DNA of 62,894 nucleotides, the filler included, from Asterionella formosa (lineage: Eukaryota): the NCBI GenBank assembly GCA_002256025.1. It is 15 parts of 15 records of this genome, joined end to end, with 100 filler letters (N's around TTAATTAATTAA, not from the genome) between each part and the next. Parts side by side here need not be neighbours in the genome. Positions count along the whole stretch, not along the records: positions 1 to 22,015 come from NKIB01002887.1; 14 more parts are not named here. One strand, given 5' to 3'. Positions 1 to 11,301 of this stretch are shown here, one piece after another (within the stretch, counting starts at the first letter, position 1; each line of letters opens with the position of its first letter). The position numbers were made by a program, and so were the translations under genes. Under the pieces are notes generated by a model. That model ran no database searches. It was not told the origin of the DNA and saw only the letters and a program-made list of their open reading frames with translations.

Positions 1-686
1 AACTGGTCATGATGGACGACGATTGGCATGGTGAAAGGTGAATTGCCGGAGTCCACTTTTCAGGAGACGAACAAAAACGAGGTGAATTCTAGATATAAAT
101 TATTAGAATCTGTATAGTATATAAAATAGTTTCCTTAAGTAGACCCCTTGCCGATTTCGGCAATCCGAGGGCTGGAAAACCGAGGGGCAATTGGCGTCTG
201 TTGTCTTGCCAAAATGCAAACATATGAAATATACAACAAATAATTTAATGATGGGCAATATCGGACCTTTGGCAATTTTCGAGGTGAAGATAGGAAATAT
301 ACAAAATATATTTTATATGATGGGCAATAGTAGGCTAAAATTGACATTTATGCTAAATTTGTAGGCAGTAGGTAAGCGAATGGCGCGACAATACCGGTAG
401 CTAGTTTGTGAATTGCCTCAACAATACTCGCGTACGGTCAACCTACTCGCGCCACCCAGCCTCGAACACATGTACCGGTATACTCGCAGGCAAGAGACCA
501 CCTCGGGCGTATATTGCCTTCATCAATATGTAGTCTTTATATTTTGAAGAAATAGTTATTACGAAATATGACTGTACTCGATCCGGGTATATCAATCTAC
601 AATAGGCTAATATATACAGTAGACTCCGCTGTTTGTCATTCATGAGTATACCGGTATTTCGAAAGCGGCTGATTGTTTCCAACACA

Positions 687-2123
687 ATGAGCTATTGTCC
701 AATTGATGAACCATTTGAAACCTACGAGGACGACCACGCCAGTGCAAAAAATGACAAAGACACGAGTCGATGGAATCAGAGCTGGTTGCGAACTTTACTT
801 TTGTTTTTAAACGGATCAACAGATGAGTGGGCACAACGACGACTTAAGCGACTGCTGCAGCTCCTTGGATCGACCACCGCCTGCTTGGTCATCGCCTACT
901 GGTACCGAAAGAGAAGAAAATTGGATTTTAGACAGCTAGATAAGTTTTCGTTCCTGTCTCGGTTCCTCACCAGGAAAGCTTACTCCCATGCAATGGACAC
1001 TCCTCTATCGACCCTCTACCACGCCATTAAATCTGGCGGCATTACAAAAGCAGTCGCATTGACTTCAAAGTCAGCTATCGCCTACGAAATAGCGGGAAAT
1101 TGGAAACGGTCATCCATTCCATCTACCCAGCTTCACTCGTCGATAGTGGAGCAGCTTGCCTCAAGTGGTACTGATGTGTGTTCAGAACCGGACTCCATCC
1201 TATCCAAACTATCAACGCCGCTGACTCTTTTCATTCCATTCATTTATCTTGGAATGCTTTATAAAATGATGAAGCACTTGAATGGAGAGAACGACGAAGC
1301 AAAAACGCACGTCAATGTAAAGGTAGCCGCCACTTTTCGTTCTGTCGCTGGACTGGATCATGTGCTATCTGATTTGTCAGAAATTGTATTGTATTTACGA
1401 GATCCAAGGATTTACAATTCCCTCGGAGCACGTCCACCAAATGGAGTCTTGTTGTATGGGCCACCCGGAACAGGAAAGACGCTACTAGCTCGGGCTGTGG
1501 CTGGCGAGGTCGGGAATTGTGATTTCATTGCCTGCAGCGGAAGTGACTTTGTTGATATGTACGTAGGGAGAGGGGCAAGTCGTGTAAGGAAGTTATTCAG
1601 TAAGGCACGGCAGTCGCAGCGATGTATTTTGTTTATTGATGAGCTGGACGCCTTGGGCAAGTCGAGGAGTACGACTTCGTTTTCTGGCAACAACGATGAA
1701 AGAGATCAAACCTTGAATCAATTGCTTACCGAACTCGATGGATTCAACCAACACCCCAAACATTTGCTCATTTTTATGGGAGCCACCAATCGAGCGGAAT
1801 TGTTGGATCCTGCCTTGCTACGACGCATGGATCGACAGATTCATGTCGGGCTCCCTGATCAAGTCGGACGGCGCGCAATACTATTAGTACACGCGCAGAA
1901 GGTTCAGTGTGACACAGCAATTGATTGGAACTACTTGGCAACTCAAACAACTGACTTTTCTGGGGCAAATATTGCTACGGTAGTGAACGAAGCTGCATTG
2001 TTGGCCGTTCGAGAAAGGTCGCCAACAGTAAAGCAACACCATTTGATCCGGAGCATCACCAAGCTTCAAATGATGAAGCGGGCTTTGAGTGGCATGAGCG
2101 GAAGCATTCATTTGAGATATTAG
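687..2123 (+). CDS. FtsH-like membrane AAA+ ATPase lacking the M41 protease domain
   Basis: Two hydrophobic segments, Walker A GPPGTGKT, pore loop FVDMYVGRGA, Walker B FIDELD, ERDQTLNQLLTELDGF, ATNR..LD.ALLRR. Stops just after the AAA lid with no HExxH. ATG 687 preferred over the TTG at 633. Confidence 0.85.
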   Translation: MSYCPIDEPFETYEDDHASAKNDKDTSRWNQSWLRTLLLFLNGSTDEWAQRRLKRLLQLLGSTTACLVIAYWYRKRRKLDFRQLDKFSFLSRFLTRKAYSHAMDTPLSTLYHAIKSGGITKAVALTSKSAIAYEIAGNWKRSSIPSTQLHSSIVEQLASSGTDVCSEPDSILSKLSTPLTLFIPFIYLGMLYKMMKHLNGENDEAKTHVNVKVAATFRSVAGLDHVLSDLSEIVLYLRDPRIYNSLGARPPNGVLLYGPPGTGKTLLARAVAGEVGNCDFIACSGSDFVDMYVGRGASRVRKLFSKARQSQRCILFIDELDALGKSRSTTSFSGNNDERDQTLNQLLTELDGFNQHPKHLLIFMGATNRAELLDPALLRRMDRQIHVGLPDQVGRRAILLVHAQKVQCDTAIDWNYLATQTTDFSGANIATVVNEAALLAVRERSPTVKQHHLIRSITKLQMMKRALSGMSGSIHLRY

Positions 2124-3004
2124 CAGTCAAAATTGTTCTTTACACTGTACTTCTTGATGCATGTTGTGATTTAGAACTCATTAATGAAATTGTTGAACTT
2201 TGTTTTGATAATTAAAAGGTTAGAATTTTGTTTTTCGAGGAATGTAGAAAAGAACCACATTACTTTCTCCATCCCACCATGGGTGAGAAGCCAAAGAATA
2301 GAAAAATGACCGAAACCTAATTACGACCATCAGCCCAAAACTGACTTTCGTGAGTGCTTAAAGCAATGTCTGGGCCTGATTCCAATTTTTTTGAAGCCAC
2401 CATAGCCATTGAAATTTCTGCTTGTTTGTTGCTCCCAAGCAAATCTCCATAAAATGATTCTCCATATCAAGTACATTGCTGTTTCCTATCATTGGTTCCA
2501 TGAGTAGGTCCTCACCAGCATGCTCTGCGAAATTTTAAAATTTACACTGCTGTCGTCAATCCCACTCATATTTTTACCAAGGTCGTTTTGAAGAGAAATC
2601 TACAGTTATTTACAGCCTCTCAGTGTTTGGTGATGTTTTGCCTCCCTTGCTCAGCTGAAAGGGAGTGTTAAAACCCAATATCTATCTGTCCTTAAATTTT
2701 TTTCCGTAGTATCTTTCAGTCACTCCTGGTCAACCTCTATCCCTCATGCCGATTCCACCATCACTAACTTCCTGTCCCTCTAGATTGACTGTTGTCAACT
2801 GGAGAGAAACTCCTAGCTTCATTTTTTACAAAAACAAATTTTTAGCTCAACTTATTCCTGCAAACATGTAGTGGGCGGGTTAAAGCCAAGTTGTGTACTA
2901 AGCATTCATTCCAAATGCAATCTATGTCAAAAGTTACAATAATGGTATTTATGATAAAATGGATTATGACTAAAAAATATACACATCATGCCAAGCAAAT
3001 GTGC

Positions 3005-3375
3005 GTACCTGGTACCAGGTACCAGGTACCAGTAGTATTGTTTGTTAACATGATGAATCATAAATCATTTTTTTGATATACCGGGTACCTGTATAATCAG
3101 TGTACTGAAGATGTAACGATTTGTTGACACCATCACAAAATATGCATAATGCATACCAGGTACAGTACCTGGTACTGGTACCCTGGTACCAAGTGCCAGG
3201 TACTGGTATGTTGGTACGTGGTACTATATTTAAAAACGAAACCTTCAAACAAGCAACAAGTTACCGGTACCGGTACCGGTACCAGTACCCTGGTACCTGG
3301 TACCAGGTACGTCCAATACAAATCACATACGGTACCTATAGCTATGGTACCTGGTACCAGGGTACCAGGTACCAG
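3005..3375. repeat. GGTACC(W)/TACCGG low-complexity palindromic array
   Basis: Dense ggtaccaggtacc, ggtacctggtacc and taccggtaccggta units ending ~55 bp upstream of the ATG at 3429. Confidence 0.9.
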
Positions 3376-3428
3376 TAGCCATAAATAATGGACACATTCG
3401 TGTCACCAAGGATTCACTTAGGTATGCC

Positions 3429-4040
3429 ATGAAGAACACGATGAGCTTGATCGCTTTATTCGCCGCTTTCGTTTTGGCTTCGATGGTGAGCGCTTTTCAG
3501 ACGAAGCATGCTGCATTTCACCGACGACTATCCGTACTTGAGGCAGAAATATCGACCGAAAGCTTTTTGGCCCAAAATTATCCTGCTTTCTTTTCTGTTG
3601 TGTCTAAGAACGAAGAAGTTATGAAGTTGCTGCGAGAAAATCCAGAATCAGGATACACCATATTTGCATTTAATTTCAAAGCCTTTGAAGCATTGGGAGA
3701 AAAGAGGCGAATGCAACTTTCTGATGATCGAAACCTTGAAACAACACAGAAAATCGGCGCCTACCACGTTGTTGGAATTGAAGCCGTTTCGGCAGAAAAG
3801 CTGTTCTCCTCTGGAGGCATTGTGACACTTGGTGGTGTTGTCGACGTGGGTCGTTCTGTCTCTGGTGGATTCCTTGGAGTTGGCGGTAAAGAAGATGGCG
3901 GCATTACCATTAACGGAGCCAAGGTCGTTGAATCCTTTACCATCTCGAGGAGTTGTATTGTCCATGAAGTAGACTCCCTTCTTTCACCCCAACTCCTTTG
4001 GCGCTACTTAGACCAGCTGAGGATTCCCTTCTCTTCTTAG
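3429..4040 (+). CDS. Fasciclin (FAS1) domain protein, probably plastid-targeted
   Basis: YTIFA-N-AF, YHVV, ITINGAKV, IVHEVDSLL FAS1 motifs; signal peptide ending VSA-F. Confidence 0.8.
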   Translation: MKNTMSLIALFAAFVLASMVSAFQTKHAAFHRRLSVLEAEISTESFLAQNYPAFFSVVSKNEEVMKLLRENPESGYTIFAFNFKAFEALGEKRRMQLSDDRNLETTQKIGAYHVVGIEAVSAEKLFSSGGIVTLGGVVDVGRSVSGGFLGVGGKEDGGITINGAKVVESFTISRSCIVHEVDSLLSPQLLWRYLDQLRIPFSS

Positions 4041-5376
4041 GGATACATGTTAGATTCAATAGAGTATAGGATGGTGATTAACTCTCTCCTTTGTTAAAAT
4101 TTGGTTGGTTATTTCAAAATGACTAATACATACATATGCACCAACTGATGCTCGCTTTGGTGGCAACGTGGATAAATGTTGTCTGAATGTAGGATAATCT
4201 TAAATATAGTCACTGCAAATTGAAAGGGGACAATGCGGAGTTATATGTGCATAATTCTTATTGTTAGCAAATAATAATTACCATTGTTATGTATTATAGT
4301 TCATGTGGGGAATGCATTATAATGGATAATTGTTGAAAAAACAGAATTGGTAAGTTATAATCAGCAGCATTGGAAGAAATTATTGATGTGTGCTTATGCA
4401 ATAATGGACTGGCACATTCTGTTACAGAAATATGCAAAAAGTACATGGATATGTGGTAAGTGAAGATAGAATGGAAGTGTATGCTGTGATGTAAACAAAA
4501 CATGACTAACAAGTAATTGCTTCTCACTGTTAGTATGATTGGGAACAACAATTCAGAATCAGAGTTATGGAAGGGAGAGAGACAGCAAGCAGTGGATGGC
4601 ATTCAAAATCAGAGTAGAAGGGAAGTGGGAGAAACAGCAAACAGTTAGACACAAAGAGAAAGGGGAACATTGTGTAGCCACTTGAAATATAGAAGCAGAG
4701 TATTCATGTTTATATAAGGAAAATCTAGGGGCTATAGATATCAGTGATCCAATCCTTTAAATACATGGCAGTCCATTTTGGAAGGCAATTCCAGGGTCTA
4801 TAGCAAATTTTGTTAGTAGCTTAGCAATTCGAAAACAGAGCCTATGAAATATGCAACTATGTTTTTAATGAAGAGTAATTGCAGAATTGAGCAACCCTAT
4901 AACTGAACATATGAAATATCCACATGGAGGGCAATTGGCCAATCTGCATCAAACATCTTATAAACTACATACATAAAATAGGTTTAAAAGTTAGTGGAAA
5001 GGGCAATACAGCTGCGAAAGCGTCGCCGATAGCCATGTCGTAATGGTACATACCGGTAGGTTGTCACTTCTTCCCTATCTACAGCACATGTACGAATATA
5101 CCGGTATGCATGTCCCACATAATACCGGTATATATTACAAATATTCCATATCATGACGGCCTAGAAAGTGTTCCTTGACGCCTTGCTTGCCACACTTTTT
5201 TATAGTTCCCTGTTTCATTTTCAAAGAAGAACGTACCGGGTACTTGCATAAAGGACTTGCTTATGCATTCGACCAGAAGGTTCAATACACATTGACGACT
5301 CTACAATTCCACCGTAGTACTTTTACGCTAGCGATACGGCTGATGCTCATCATATATTCCCTTTTCAAAACAAGTC

Positions 5377-7644
5377 ATGAGGACATGTACGAAGCGCTAT
5401 CACTATTCAATCGATGCAGCTGAAGCCTTGCAACTTTGCCAAGAACGCTTGAAGCTTATAATCAACGCGAAAAACGAAGCTCCTGATGTAATGTATGATC
5501 TTGAATCCGGCCTGAAGTCCACTGAACGTATCATTCGAACACGACTAGTCAAACTGATCGATCTGGAACGTCAGGATGTGTTGGAGTCATCTCTTTCTGA
5601 AATCCTGGAAGCGGAACACGATGAAGAATTTGAAAGCGTGCCAAATTCGCTAGTAGCGAGTATAACTGCTCTTGAGACTGTCATGAGAAGGAAAGCCGAA
5701 TATGCAACGGATCATAATCAACAAGAACACCAGCATCACGACCGCTACAATCCTATGAAAATTACGCATCCAATGAGAGAATCATCATCAGCAACTTTCT
5801 CGCCAATACAAATATCTACCGGTACCTTCACAAATCAACCTTCTGTAGATTATGCCGACACTTTATCTGCCCTACCGGGGAGAAGCGTGACAGATTCCCT
5901 ACTTTTTCGTCTCGTTGTAGCGTTACAACTTTGTCAAGTCCGAATTGACGTTGCTCACCATGTTATTACAGGACGACATCGGGAAGACTCGGGATTACCA
6001 AAGTCGACAAACTTTACAGCGTTTGCCAGTGTATGCATGATAGCCGGGGCGCTCGGAGTATTCATTTCGCGAAGGGGTACAAACAGCAGGGACTTGTCGC
6101 AATGGTCGACAAAAGCTGCTGCCGGAGCAGTTCTATACACAATTGCAAGACAACAATTGCGACACTATTGGATGGCTGCTAAAATAGCCAAAAGCATTGA
6201 AGAATTGGAAGAATGGCGCAATCAGTGGAATCATGTACACCAACATGACGAAGATGGGAGCGTCTCCATCGAAACAAAGTCACAGAGGTTAATCGAATAT
6301 GCTCTGACGCAAAGTCCTAAATCGTCGTTCTGGCACTCTGAAGGTGAGCTTCGTTTTCTGATGGTCAAACGCTGCATGGACCTATTGTACGCCTCCGTTG
6401 GTACAGCGGTTGAAGTGACCAACGAAAACAACGATTGGCAGATACCATTGGTAGCTATGGCAGCTACATACTATTCTTTTGTTGGCGCGAACCGAAAAGC
6501 ACACGAAGCAGTTTCCTCAGCAGCAGCACAAGATCTCATTCGGAGTGCATGGGGTATGGTTTCCTTGCCAGCGATCAAACTGTTGTCTCTAAAGGCATCG
6601 AGGTTGTTAAAAAGAGCGGCTTTGGCGGAGAGGATTACTATTGGTGGGGTTCCATGTTTCATTTTATCAAAGGATCCTTGTCCTGAAATCATAGTTTCAC
6701 TCAAGCGACATGAGCGACAAGAAAGTCGTCGATCAAATTTTTCGAGACTGTCAACAATTGATGAAAGCAACGAGAAACAACTGTCTAGATACGAACGAAG
6801 GTCCATTTACCTGAAGAAGCGCAACGTTCTCTTGCATCTTACCGGAGGTGGCTTCTTTTCTCACATAATCGCTACTGATTTGCCATATTTATTGGATTGG
6901 AGTGCCAAGTCGGGTGCGGTCGTGATTTGCCCCGAATACGCTCTACTTCCTGAAGCTCCCTTCCCAATCGCCTTAGACCAAGTGATCAATGTGTACATCT
7001 CATTGCTAAATGGACATTCCACGTCTATCCTAGGATTTGAAGTGGACCGATTCATTGTGACAGGTGAATCTGCAGGAGGTAATTTGGCGGCAGCATTATG
7101 CGTCAAACTATGCTTACAGAGAACTAATGATATTGAACCCGTGTTGGCCGAACGTCAGTTGGAGTGTCGACCAACAGAGCTTGAGACAGAATTAGGAAAT
7201 CAGTTGTCTGCCTTGCGGCTTCCCGATGCCCTTATGCTGTCGTGTCCTGCATTGAACATGTCACTAGATGTTTCCTATTCTCGAGTGGTTGGAGGCGAAG
7301 ATCCCGTGTTGCCTGCGGGGTTGATATCTGCCATATCTGATGCCTACATCCCTTCGGGGGTAAACAAGAAAGACCCCCTCGCTTCTCCACTGTTCGCACC
7401 TGACTATGCTCTTCAGCACTTTCCACCGACACTTCTCTTCGCTAGCTCTGACGATCCTCTCTTAGACGACAGTATCGATTTTAACAAACGATTGCGATGT
7501 TTGGGTGTGGAGTCAGAGCTCAAGGCTACCCACCATGTGCCGCACGCCTTTTGGGGTCTTGGCACTGCAGGCTTCCCAGAAGCGATTCAAGTTCAAAAAG
7601 AATGTGAGAATTTTCTCGTCAGGCATTTCAATGCAGGAAACTGA
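5377..7644 (+). CDS. Hormone-sensitive-lipase-family alpha/beta hydrolase with long N-terminal region
   Basis: LHLTGGGF oxyanion motif, PEYALLPEAPFP, GESAG nucleophile, DPLLDDS, PHAF catalytic His. Confidence 0.85.
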   Translation: MRTCTKRYHYSIDAAEALQLCQERLKLIINAKNEAPDVMYDLESGLKSTERIIRTRLVKLIDLERQDVLESSLSEILEAEHDEEFESVPNSLVASITALETVMRRKAEYATDHNQQEHQHHDRYNPMKITHPMRESSSATFSPIQISTGTFTNQPSVDYADTLSALPGRSVTDSLLFRLVVALQLCQVRIDVAHHVITGRHREDSGLPKSTNFTAFASVCMIAGALGVFISRRGTNSRDLSQWSTKAAAGAVLYTIARQQLRHYWMAAKIAKSIEELEEWRNQWNHVHQHDEDGSVSIETKSQRLIEYALTQSPKSSFWHSEGELRFLMVKRCMDLLYASVGTAVEVTNENNDWQIPLVAMAATYYSFVGANRKAHEAVSSAAAQDLIRSAWGMVSLPAIKLLSLKASRLLKRAALAERITIGGVPCFILSKDPCPEIIVSLKRHERQESRRSNFSRLSTIDESNEKQLSRYERRSIYLKKRNVLLHLTGGGFFSHIIATDLPYLLDWSAKSGAVVICPEYALLPEAPFPIALDQVINVYISLLNGHSTSILGFEVDRFIVTGESAGGNLAAALCVKLCLQRTNDIEPVLAERQLECRPTELETELGNQLSALRLPDALMLSCPALNMSLDVSYSRVVGGEDPVLPAGLISAISDAYIPSGVNKKDPLASPLFAPDYALQHFPPTLLFASSDDPLLDDSIDFNKRLRCLGVESELKATHHVPHAFWGLGTAGFPEAIQVQKECENFLVRHFNAGN

Positions 7645-7728
7645 ACAAGGACAAAGCTATTGACAGACACTAGCAAAGGAATAACAGATTCAAATGACAT
7701 TTCACCGGAACTAGGCATGGGTACTAAT

Positions 7729-9270
7729 CTAGATCTCGTCATCTACAAAATTTGGTTGATAGGTTTGCCTTGCCAGATACACAAACTCCAATAGGGCAGA
7801 TCCTTCAGAAATTTCCACTTCAAAATCATTCTTGGCCCTGAGCGTTGACGCCCAAATTTTTCTAAGCACCAAAGTTGCCTGAGCCGATGCAAATTGCAAC
7901 CGCCCTTCCACCACGCCACCTAGTGCAGAGTAGTTCCCTGAAACCCCCGAAATGTGTAGTTGCTTCTTGGCTAGATTCGTCTCCAGTGGTTTCCAAGCAG
8001 TCGATATCGCATCCCAGGGGCCCGCTCGAATTGTCACGACAAGTGGCGACAAATAAATTGTCATGAAAAAAGCTTGTTCGAATTCCAATACAAGGTGTGA
8101 TCCACCATTAGATGACTGGACCAAATTGGCCCTCTTTCGTCGCAGTGAACACAGTAAACTAGATGAAGCTTTCCGATTTCCCTGGAACAAGAATTTAGCC
8201 TTATGCACCATTATTCGACTCCCTACATTCGCATCTTCGCCCACGACTTCGACGGGTTGTTGTTCCATAATTTTCGCCCATGCATCTTCCAGTTGTACTC
8301 CAGCAACGGCTGTTTCCGGCAAGATATGATCTGACATTTCCAACAAATATTCAATTCCCGCAATCGCCGAGGCGTGGCACTTTACCAATACATTGTCTGG
8401 TGCATCTTGCCGGTTGACCAAAGCCAAAAAAGCAACAAGGCCCGAGGAAGCGGCCTTGAGTCGTTCCAAATGGGATAGTGCGGCAGATCGCTGACTTTCC
8501 AATGCACGTCCAGGGGGTGGTATTACCTTTTGAGCTGCTTCCAATGATTGCATCAATACTTTAAGAGCCGTGTCTTGGTTACAAAACTTATTAATTCCAA
8601 AACGATGCACGGCTGCCTTTGCCATGAGTTGGGCGGTTGCGCCCGTTAATTCCGTTTCTAATTTCGCCAAGGTCTCGTGGAGAAACAAGTCTGGCTTGGT
8701 TAGTTTAACAACGTGCGAGCGTATATTTTCGACACGTTGCTCTAGATGAAGTGCTAACTTTTCCGCGGACACCAGGTCTCGCACCTTTGCGGGCCCTCCC
8801 AGCAGTCCCAGTTGCAACGCCCAATGATTGGCATTGTCCGTGTGTTGCTTTAGGTGTATGCCTTTTTCTTCTCCGTGCTTGGATTGCATCTCGACGACGG
8901 CTGTAGCGGCGTTCTCGCAAATGAATAAAAGTGTCGGTCCGTACATGTTCTTCAATTCAATAATTTTGAGTTCCAACGCCGATTGCTCGTTCTTCGGTGT
9001 CGCTTCTCGGGGTGGCTTGTATGTCTTTTGAAGCTTCTTGAGGCGCTTGGTGAGTTTCCTTTTGTAATCTTCATACGACGCAGAAGTGGTAAAGACACCA
9101 GCTTCGAAACGCGTAGATAGCACTAGTTTGCTGGAGGAAGTTGCACCAGGTTCTAACGATGCCAAGACTTTCGCAATCTCGCGAACTTCCTTATTTCGGG
9201 AGGATTGCGGGACCTTTTGGCGCCACTCCGAATCGATTTCGGTCGGCACATCAGGGCCTGGAGATGACAT
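7729..9270 (-). CDS. KIX-domain protein, Mediator subunit 15-like
   Basis: N-terminal WR...R...I...L...RFE..VF..SASYEDY...L..RL pattern of Med15-type KIX domains; remainder not recognised. ATG at 9270. Confidence 0.6.
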   Translation of the reverse strand: MSSPGPDVPTEIDSEWRQKVPQSSRNKEVREIAKVLASLEPGATSSSKLVLSTRFEAGVFTTSASYEDYKRKLTKRLKKLQKTYKPPREATPKNEQSALELKIIELKNMYGPTLLFICENAATAVVEMQSKHGEEKGIHLKQHTDNANHWALQLGLLGGPAKVRDLVSAEKLALHLEQRVENIRSHVVKLTKPDLFLHETLAKLETELTGATAQLMAKAAVHRFGINKFCNQDTALKVLMQSLEAAQKVIPPPGRALESQRSAALSHLERLKAASSGLVAFLALVNRQDAPDNVLVKCHASAIAGIEYLLEMSDHILPETAVAGVQLEDAWAKIMEQQPVEVVGEDANVGSRIMVHKAKFLFQGNRKASSSLLCSLRRKRANLVQSSNGGSHLVLEFEQAFFMTIYLSPLVVTIRAGPWDAISTAWKPLETNLAKKQLHISGVSGNYSALGGVVEGRLQFASAQATLVLRKIWASTLRAKNDFEVEISEGSALLEFVYLARQTYQPNFVDDEI

Positions 9271-10980
9271 TGCCTTGTGTGATTGAAGCAAAACAGGAGT
9301 GTGAGGATTGACGGAGGAGGATCACCGAATCAAGCGACCAGTATTGGCAAGGTTTTCCCGTCATGGAATGGTATATATATAGCTTTTTGTACCTGTATAC
9401 AGGGTATAGAGCATTCTGCGAATGTCAAGACGTTTTATTGTTATCGGAGTCTTTCAGGCTAGGCTGAATTCAGTCAATCCATTGCCCCTTGTTCAATTCA
9501 TTGATTATTTCATTTTTGAAAAGATAATCTATATCTACAGAACTGAAGGTTTCTGGAAGTATGCATGGTAATAAGTTTCGAGGTTAAAAAATTCAGCTAC
9601 ATGACATCAAAAAATTATCTGTTCACCAGGATGGCGCAAAAATGAAAATTAAAAATTGACAATCTGCAATGGTGCCATCATTTCATGCCTTTCCAAGTTC
9701 ATTCGCCCATCATTGTGGGTCAGAAATCATCATGTGAATATCGAAAAGGTTCACTGACTTGAAAGAATGACAGTTCCATGGAGAGAGCTGAAGAAAATCA
9801 GAGGGCAGGAGGTTCTGGCCATTGTGGTCACAGCTCTTGGGACTAGCTATGGATGATGCTGATATGACTGAGCTGTATGCTCTTGAAAGCAATTCAATAT
9901 TGGGGAATGGCTTAGTGGTTATCACACCTCATGAGGTGGTAGGTGTGATTCCTGCACTCTCCACCTGCCTTTTCTTTTATGTAGTCCCTAATTGCAGATG
10001 ATTAACACAATATAAAAACCGACTAGATTTGCAGTCAACTTTGGAGCAACAGCATTTGTATGAGGTCATATCGCATCTCCCTGTCGATTGTCTTTTGCAA
10101 TTGAAATACTATGAATTTCAGTAAATTAAATGTTATGGCGAGCTTGTGATATGTGATGGGTTTGTGAAAGGAATTTCCTTTGTAGCTGAAATTACGCTCT
10201 GCAGGCAGCCTTCTCAATTGTAGGCTTGGAAATATCTGTGGTCAGAGGACATATCTCGCATCTCTGCTGTCTTTCCACTCAGATGTGTTCAGGTGGCAAA
10301 GTGGAATAGTGTCAATATCACCTCTCTTCTCCCAAAAGTGAAGGGTCAGCACAGACAAGGAGGAAAGTGGAGTCTGTGGCTGTTGAGAGAGCAAGTAAAT
10401 GGTTCTTGTTGGCGTTGTGAGCATCTGTTTATACTCAGTACAGAGTATCGGGGGGGGGGGCGGGGGCATCACCAGTCAGAGCATGTATCTGATCGGAGTG
10501 GGTAGTGAGGGGCAGCTTGCAGCCATCACAGACAGGTGGTGGCCTGCAACACTGCTGTAGTGCCACTATGGGCAGCAAAGGTCTGCCAGAAAATGCCCTC
10601 AACAGCAGACTCATGGCATGCTATGATGTTTCAACATGTTGACAATATGTATGCAGCAGCACTCGCTTCTGTAGGACAGTAAAGAAGTACTATGATGGAT
10701 CCAGGGCAAAGGAGTGGTAAGGTCTGATAAACTACTAAGCACACTGTTAACAATTGCTGTACTTATCACAATTAACCACTGGACACAGAGAAATACAGTT
10801 ACCAATTGATGTCTTCTACATGCCCTGTTGGAAATACATACTGCTGGTAGCAGTAGGCAGCCGCCTCCCATAAATCCATTCAAGTTCGGGCACATACGTA
10901 CGTATTGGCAATACGTGGTGTCTTCACCATACAACTTACTGTTCATGTTCATTGACTACCGGTGTACCTGGTGACACACT

Positions 10981-11086
10981 GGTACCAGCAAGGTGCGGTC
11001 ATTTTGCTCAACCAAACAATTCAATATCGAATGAAGATAGCTAAACCTTTTGTTTCAGCACAATTACCGCAACTTGCACCGGTACC
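10981..11086. mobile_element. ~100-bp MITE (family A), reverse-orientation copy
   Basis: ggtaccagCAAGGTGCGGTCA...TTACCGCAACTTGcaccggtacc; internal AAGATAGC matches GCTATCTT of the other copies. Confidence 0.7.
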
Positions 11087-11301
11087 AGCTATGCATTGAT
11101 AAAATAATATATATTCATAATACTAGATAACATATATATATTATTTAAAAAAAAATTATTACACATGTACCACTCCTCCCATCATCGATGACTCGTTCGT
11201 AGCAAGTCGATGCCCATCAACACATCTCTTCTTCGACTTCTCACCAACACCAGGAAAAGTCCTAAGTTTTCCTAACTCGTACATTTACGTAGTACCGCAC
11301 C

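Noticed and set aside
3005..3375. CRISPR-like array
   Set aside because: No constant 25-45-bp repeat with unique spacers, no cas genes, eukaryotic context.
3045..3388. Overlapping ORFs rich in YQVPGT/GTRY
   Set aside because: Translations of the GGTACC palindromic array on both strands.
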